Assembly: GCA_002317215.1 (NCBI GenBank)
Contig: DCJD01000010.1
Coordinates: forward strand, 8,486-72,485
Length of the DNA stretch: 64,000 nt
Direction: 5' to 3'
Source of the DNA: Bacillales bacterium UBA1709
GTDB lineage: Bacteria; Bacillota_I; Bacilli_A; RFN20; UBA1709
Below are positions 58,933-64,000 of the stretch, one piece after another (position 1 is the stretch's first letter; each line of letters opens with the position of its first letter). Both the position numbers and the translations under genes were made by a program. The notes beneath the pieces were generated by a model. The model made no database searches, had not been told where the DNA came from, and saw only the letters and a list, made by a program, of their open reading frames with translations.

Positions 58933-59646
58933 TTAATCAGCGATATAATTTGATCCTAACTTAGTCCATTTTTGTTCTAAACAATAAGTTAAGTTCTTTT
59001 TATCATTTGAAGTAATTTCGCTAACTCCTCTTAAAGCACATTTAACTTCATATCCACTACTTGTTCCAACATAACATACAAGAGTTGGAGTAGGAACTAC
59101 TATTTGGTTAAATTCAGTATAAGAGTTAGTTTCGTTAGCATCGACTTCTTTATCTAATTTTTCTAAGTAAGCATTTACATCAATTGCTACTTGATCATAA
59201 CTGGTTTCATCCATCTTTCTATCTTTGAATTTTAAGATATCTCCAGTAATATCACTAGTTTCTTTTATTGAATAGTTTACAGCATATACAACAACTTTTT
59301 CTTTTCTAGTTTTGCCTTCGTTAACAGCTTTAATAATGCTATTCATTGCTTCATTAGCATCTTCAATCATATTATCTTCAGTTGCTTTTTCATAATAGTA
59401 AACATAAACTACTTCGCCTTCTTTACCTTTAATTTCAGCGATTGCTTCGTTAGCAGTTTTTACAGTTACTTTATCACATTTTCTACAATTTGAATTAGGA
59501 GAGAAGAAACCTTTAATTGCTCCCCATACATTGCTAACACCTTCTAATGAGAATACGATAGCAAAGACGATAACAACTAATGCAAGTGGTTCAATCCAAT
59601 AATTCTTTTTTAGAAATCTACCAACTGATTGAAAGAATTTTTTCAT
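58933..59646 (-). CDS. hypothetical membrane-anchored protein (N-terminal TM plus extracytoplasmic domain with Cys pairs)
   Basis: ORF and hydrophobic N-terminus only. Confidence 0.35.
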   Translation of the reverse strand: MKKFFQSVGRFLKKNYWIEPLALVVIVFAIVFSLEGVSNVWGAIKGFFSPNSNCRKCDKVTVKTANEAIAEIKGKEGEVVYVYYYEKATEDNMIEDANEAMNSIIKAVNEGKTRKEKVVVYAVNYSIKETSDITGDILKFKDRKMDETSYDQVAIDVNAYLEKLDKEVDANETNSYTEFNQIVVPTPTLVCYVGTSSGYEVKCALRGVSEITSNDKKNLTYCLEQKWTKLGSNYIAD

Positions 59647-59798
59647 AATTAATAACCTCCATATTTTCTCAATATGCTTAATTATTTTATCAAAGACCCC
59701 ATTTTATTTCAACTAAAATAATATTTATTATTTTCTATATAAAATATGACTGATTTATAGAATTAATACCCAATATCTTGTAGAATATATAAGGATTT

Positions 59799-60515
59799 AT
59801 GCAACATTATTTTTTAAAAGAAATTAAAGATGATAAAGCAATATTTATGGATGAAGACATCCATCATATTTTGCATGTCATGAGATTTAATAATTTAGAT
59901 AAAGTAATTGGTATTTATAATTCTAATAAATATTTATTATCTTTAGATATATCTAAAGATATAGTAGCAGGTAATATTATTAATAAATTAGAATCTAAGA
60001 ATACAAATTTACATGTTACTTTAATCCATGGTTTACCTAAAAATGATAAATTTGAATTAGCTATTCAAAAAAGTTGTGAGATAGGAGTTAGTAAGATAGT
60101 TCCTTTTATTAGTGATAGATCAATTATTAAGATAAGTATTGAAGATTTCTCTAAGAAACTAACTAGATATAACAAGATTATTAAAGAAGCTTGTGAACAA
60201 AGCGAAAGAAATGAATTAGTTGAAATTACTAATCCAATATATCTAAAAGATATAATCAAATATAAATCTAGTTTAAATATTATTTGTGATGAGACATATG
60301 GAAGAAATAATTCAAGTAATCTTTTAGATATATTACAAACTAATTCTTCTTTAGATATAACTTTTGTTGTTGGACCTGAAGGTGGGTTTAGTAAAGAGGA
60401 ATTAGAGTTCTTTAATAAGAATGATTTTATTAGTGTAGGACTTGGAAATAATATCTTAAGAAGTGAGACAGCAGTTATATACTTTTTAAGTTGTTTATCT
60501 ATGGTAAGAAAATAA
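59799..60515 (+). CDS. rsmE: 16S rRNA (uracil1498-N3)-methyltransferase
   Basis: RsmE C-terminal motif VGPEGGFSKEE...LRSETA. Confidence 0.8.
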   Translation: MQHYFLKEIKDDKAIFMDEDIHHILHVMRFNNLDKVIGIYNSNKYLLSLDISKDIVAGNIINKLESKNTNLHVTLIHGLPKNDKFELAIQKSCEIGVSKIVPFISDRSIIKISIEDFSKKLTRYNKIIKEACEQSERNELVEITNPIYLKDIIKYKSSLNIICDETYGRNNSSNLLDILQTNSSLDITFVVGPEGGFSKEELEFFNKNDFISVGLGNNILRSETAVIYFLSCLSMVRK

Positions 60516-60517
60516 TT

Positions 60518-61807
60518 ATGACATATAAGATAGTAACTCTTGGTTGTAAAGTTAATAGTTATGAATCCGAATCTTTTTGTCAACTTTTTGAATCTTTAGG
60601 ATATAAAAAAACTGATAGTAATGCAGATATTGTTATTATTAATACTTGTAGTGTAACTTCAACTAGTGATCAAAAGTCTCGTCAAATGATTAGAAGAGAA
60701 AATAAATTGTCTAAAGATGCAATATTAATTGTAGTTGGTTGTTATGCGCAAGTTAGTAGCAAAGAGATTAGTCAAATTGATGGTGTTGATATAATTATTG
60801 GATCTAAATATAAGGATAAGATTATTGAATTAATTGAAGAATATAAAGTAAATAAGAAACAGATTATTAGAATAGAAGATAGTAATTCTATAACTAAATA
60901 TGAGGAGATTAAGGTTTGTTCATATAGTGAGAATACTAGAGCATTTCTAAAGATCCAAGATGGGTGTAATAACTTTTGTTCTTATTGCCAAATTCCTTTT
61001 ACTAGAGGGAGAAGTAGAAGTAGAGAGAAAGATAATATTATTAAGGAAGCTAAGATATTAGTTAGTAAAGGATTTAAAGAAATAGTTTTAACTGGCGTTG
61101 ATACAGCAAATTATGGAAATGATTTAGATAATTATAATTTTGTTGATTTACTTAAAGATTTACTTAAAGAAGTCAAAGGATTAGAAAGGCTTAGAATATC
61201 TTCGATTGAAAATAGTCAAATTAGCGATGATTTTATAAATCTAATTAAAGATAATAAGGTTATTGTTCATCATCTTCATATTCCGCTTCAATCTGGGTCT
61301 GATACGATATTAAAGAAAATGAATCGTAAGTATAATTGTGAGGCGTTTTATGAGAAGATTAATAAACTAAGAAATGCTATTAGTGATATATCAATTACTT
61401 GTGATGTAATAGTAGGATTTCCTTATGAAACCGATGAATTATTTAATGAAACATATGATTTTATTGAAAAATGTCAATTCTCTATGCTTCATGTTTTCCC
61501 TTATTCAATAAGAAAAGGTACTGTTGCTGGAAATATGAGCAATCAAGTAAATAGCAATGTTAAAAAAGAAAGAGTTAAAAAGCTATTAGATTTATCTAAT
61601 AAGTTATCTTCTTCATTCTTAAATAATCTAGTTAATAAAGATGTTGAGGTATTATTTGAAACTATTGATGATAAGTTAGTTAGTGGACACTGTCAATACT
61701 ACTTTAAGACTATATGTATTGGTGATAAAACTGATATTAATCAAATAAGAAAAGTACATATATTAGGAGTAGATGGAATCAATCTAATTGGTGAAATTAT
61801 CAGATAA
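60518..61807 (+). CDS. mtaB: tRNA (t6A37) methylthiotransferase MtaB (start set at [10 protein letters not shown])
   Basis: MiaB-like N-terminal Cys triad. Radical SAM CSYCQIP. TRAM-like C-terminus. Confidence 0.75.
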   Translation: MTYKIVTLGCKVNSYESESFCQLFESLGYKKTDSNADIVIINTCSVTSTSDQKSRQMIRRENKLSKDAILIVVGCYAQVSSKEISQIDGVDIIIGSKYKDKIIELIEEYKVNKKQIIRIEDSNSITKYEEIKVCSYSENTRAFLKIQDGCNNFCSYCQIPFTRGRSRSREKDNIIKEAKILVSKGFKEIVLTGVDTANYGNDLDNYNFVDLLKDLLKEVKGLERLRISSIENSQISDDFINLIKDNKVIVHHLHIPLQSGSDTILKKMNRKYNCEAFYEKINKLRNAISDISITCDVIVGFPYETDELFNETYDFIEKCQFSMLHVFPYSIRKGTVAGNMSNQVNSNVKKERVKKLLDLSNKLSSSFLNNLVNKDVEVLFETIDDKLVSGHCQYYFKTICIGDKTDINQIRKVHILGVDGINLIGEIIR

Positions 61808-61851
61808 AAGATGCTATAATTAAAGAAAGTATTAAAGGAGATATTAAAGAT

Positions 61852-62484
61852 ATGAAATACAATTATTTTATTGATCATACATTATTAAAAGCTGATGCTA
61901 CTAATGAACAATTTGATAAATTATGTAATGAAGCAAAAGAATATGGTTTTGCTAGTGTATGTGTTAATCCAAGCAGAGTTAAATATTGCTATGAATTATT
62001 AAAAGATAGTGATGTAAAAGTCTGTACTGTAGTAGGTTTTCCATTAGGAGCAACTTCAACATTTGCTAAAGTTCAAGAAACTAAAAGAGCCGTTAAAGAT
62101 GGAGCAAAAGAAATAGATATGGTTATTAATATTGGAATGTTAAAAGACCAAGATTATAAATATGTCTTAAATGATATTAAAGCCGTAAGAAAGGTTTCTC
62201 CATTCTTAAAAGTTATTATTGAAACTTGCTTATTAACTGATGATGAAAAAGTTAAAGCTTGTTTACTTGCTAAAGAAGCTAAAGCAGATTTCGTTAAGAC
62301 TAGCACTGGGTTTTCAACTGGTGGTGCTACTAAAGAAGACATTGCATTAATGAGAAAAACAGTTGGACCAAATATTGGTGTTAAAGCAAGTGGTGGAATC
62401 AAGACTTATGAAGAAATGCTAAGTATGATTGAAAATGGTGCTACTAGAATTGGAACTAGTAGAGGAGTTGATCTTTGCAAATAA
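61852..62484 (+). CDS. deoC: deoxyribose-phosphate aldolase
   Basis: DeoC motifs (VCVNP, KTSTGF). Confidence 0.85.
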   Translation: MKYNYFIDHTLLKADATNEQFDKLCNEAKEYGFASVCVNPSRVKYCYELLKDSDVKVCTVVGFPLGATSTFAKVQETKRAVKDGAKEIDMVINIGMLKDQDYKYVLNDIKAVRKVSPFLKVIIETCLLTDDEKVKACLLAKEAKADFVKTSTGFSTGGATKEDIALMRKTVGPNIGVKASGGIKTYEEMLSMIENGATRIGTSRGVDLCK

Positions 62485-62529
62485 AACTTGTAAAGATAAT
62501 TATTATAGAATATAATAAATACGTTACGA

Positions 62530-62562
62530 GAGTAGGGATTCCTACTCTTTAGTTTTTATTAA
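62530..62562 (+). terminator. hairpin agagtaggg-att-cctactct plus T-run
   Basis: Inverted repeat plus TTAGTTTTTATT. Confidence 0.6.
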
Positions 62563-62566
62563 AGGA

Positions 62567-63028
62567 GTGTTTATGGATAAACTATTAGAAAAAATTCAGT
62601 CTTTAATAAGTCCTATATGCGAGAAACATAAGGTATCTTTATACTCTATTGAGTATAAAGATAAGAAACTAACTATCTTAATTGATTCAAAAGAAGGAAT
62701 TGATTTAGATAAATGTGTTGAAGTAAGTGGAGATGTTTCTTCTAAATTAGATGAAGTTGATCTAATTAAAGAAGAATATACTTTAGAAGTAGCTAGTGCT
62801 GGAGTAGAAAGACCTCTTGTTTCATTAGATCAATTTAAAAGTTCTATCGATCAATACATTTTAGTTCATACTTCTAAACTTTATGAAGGATATGATGAAT
62901 TAGTTGGTTATTTAAGAAAAGTTAGTGATACTTTTATTAGTTTAGAAATAAAGATTAAAACAAGAAAACTAGTTATTGATATTTATCTAGAAGATATCAT
63001 TGATAGTTTTACTACAGTAAATATTTAG
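62567..63028 (+). CDS. rimP: ribosome maturation factor RimP
   Basis: RimP-like sequence, immediately upstream of nusA. Confidence 0.8.
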   Translation: MFMDKLLEKIQSLISPICEKHKVSLYSIEYKDKKLTILIDSKEGIDLDKCVEVSGDVSSKLDEVDLIKEEYTLEVASAGVERPLVSLDQFKSSIDQYILVHTSKLYEGYDELVGYLRKVSDTFISLEIKIKTRKLVIDIYLEDIIDSFTTVNI

Positions 63029-63053
63029 TTAGGGGGATTTAAACAAAATAATA

Positions 63054-64000
63054 TGGCAACTAAAAAAGAAAAGAATAAGGTTGAAGAATTAATTGCAGCC
63101 TTTGCAGACATGGAGAAAGAGAAAAATATTTCTCAAGAAGATATCATCGAAGCATTAAGCTATGCTATCGCAACAGCATATGCTAAGAATACTTTTGATG
63201 ATGAAGTAAAAGCTAGATGTGATATTGATGTTAATAAAGGTGATATTAAACTATATTGGATTAGAGATGTAGTTGAAAAGTTAGAATATGATATTGACTG
63301 GGATATTCATATTGAATTAGAAGAAGCAAGAAAGACTAAGAAAGATATTAATGTTGGAGATGAATTTGAAACATTAGTAAGTTTAGATAGTTTAAAAAGA
63401 GAAGTTGTTCAAAAGATTAAATCACTATTTAATCAAAGAATTAAAGAAACCAGTAAAAGACTTGTTTACGATAGATATAAAGAATTAGAAGGCAAGATTA
63501 CAACTGGTGTTGTTGATAAAGTTGAACCTGGTAAATATGTATTAGTTAAACTAGGTGGGAATGGACAATCTAGTGTTAGTGCTTTTATGCCATTAAAAGA
63601 AACTATTCCTGGTGAAACTTATCATATTAATGAACAAATTAAAGTTTATGTTAAAGAAGTAGCTATGGAAGCTAAAAAAGAATCTATCACTGTTTCTAGA
63701 AGTGATGCTAGATTCCTCTTTAAACTATTTGGTGGTGAAATTAGTGAGATTGAAAATGGCGATGTATACATTAGAAATATTGCTAGATTACCAGGTATTA
63801 GAAGTAAGATAGTTGTAAGCAGTAGAGTTGCTGGCCTTGATGCTGCTGGAACTTGTATTGGAAGAAATGGTACAAGAATTGCTAAGATTGTTGAACAATT
63901 AGCTAATGGTCAAGAAAAAATTGATGTTATCGAATATTATGATGATCCTTTAATGATGATTAAAGCATCATTAACTCCTGCTATTGTTGAAGGTATTGGA
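63054..64000 (+). CDS. nusA: transcription termination/antitermination factor NusA (3' end truncated by the window edge)
   Basis: Hand-translated from the ATG at 63054 (MATKKEKNKVEELIAAFADMEKEKNISQEDIIEALSYA...). NusA N-terminal domain, S1 and KH motifs. rimP-nusA order. Confidence 0.85.

Noticed and set aside
1-64000. Alternative genetic code (UGA=Trp, code 4), as might be expected for a Mollicutes-like AT-rich genome
   Set aside because: TGA clearly functions as a stop (ecfT ends in TGA overlapping the truA ATG). Trp positions in conserved proteins are TGG. All conserved genes are intact under code 11.
1-64000. CRISPR arrays, IS elements, integrases or prophage modules
   Set aside because: No regularly spaced direct repeats were seen, and no transposase or integrase-like ORFs. 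The only tandem repetition found is the coding repeat inside rplX.

Overview
AT-rich (about 30% GC) Firmicutes/Mollicutes-like chromosomal window. The genetic code is standard: TGA is used as a stop, for example at the ecfT/truA ATGA overlap, so this is not a code-4 mycoplasma. An Erysipelotrichia- or Acholeplasma-like organism is most consistent with the sequence. The window centres on the complete S10-spc-alpha ribosomal protein operon (rpsJ to rplQ, including secY, adk, map, infA, rpmJ, rpoA), followed by ecfA1-ecfA2-ecfT-truA. Two minus-strand tRNA arrays are present: Val-Tyr-Gln-Lys-Leu, and Cys-Arg-Pro-Ala-Met-Ile2-Ser-fMet-Asp-Phe. Single tRNA-Ser, tRNA-Trp and tRNA-His genes are also present. 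Housekeeping genes include proS, lysS, pth, mfd, miaB, ymdB, rny, rdgB, trmL, rsmE, mtaB, deoC, rimP, nusA (truncated at the window end), ispH, degV, a malic enzyme, an ABC-F ATPase and an ABC-2 transporter pair. The most unusual region is the left 11.5 kb. It holds an rnfCDGEA operon on the minus strand, ending in a 55-aa Cys-rich micro-ORF and a truncated RnfB that has only the membrane anchor and one Fe-S domain. RnfD and RnfE carry large extra domains. Downstream lie two ApbE-type FAD:protein FMN transferase lipoproteins, a NusG-domain-II/Gx-transporter pair, a lipoprotein with two FMN-binding-like repeats carrying an SGCT motif, and a DUF2804 protein. Together these look like an atypical, possibly extracytosolic, flavin-based electron transfer system. 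Other notable points: a 19-bp Rex/CRP-like palindrome immediately upstream of rnfC; an AlkD-like DNA alkylation repair gene interrupted by an in-frame TAG; a tRNA-Phe with a GC-rich non-canonical T-loop; low-complexity extensions on ribosomal proteins L3, L24 and S5; no L30 gene; a degenerate GGDEF-EAL membrane protein; and an unannotated Sfp-like phosphopantetheinyl transferase next to lysS with an orphan ACP elsewhere. No CRISPR arrays, IS elements or prophage were recognised.
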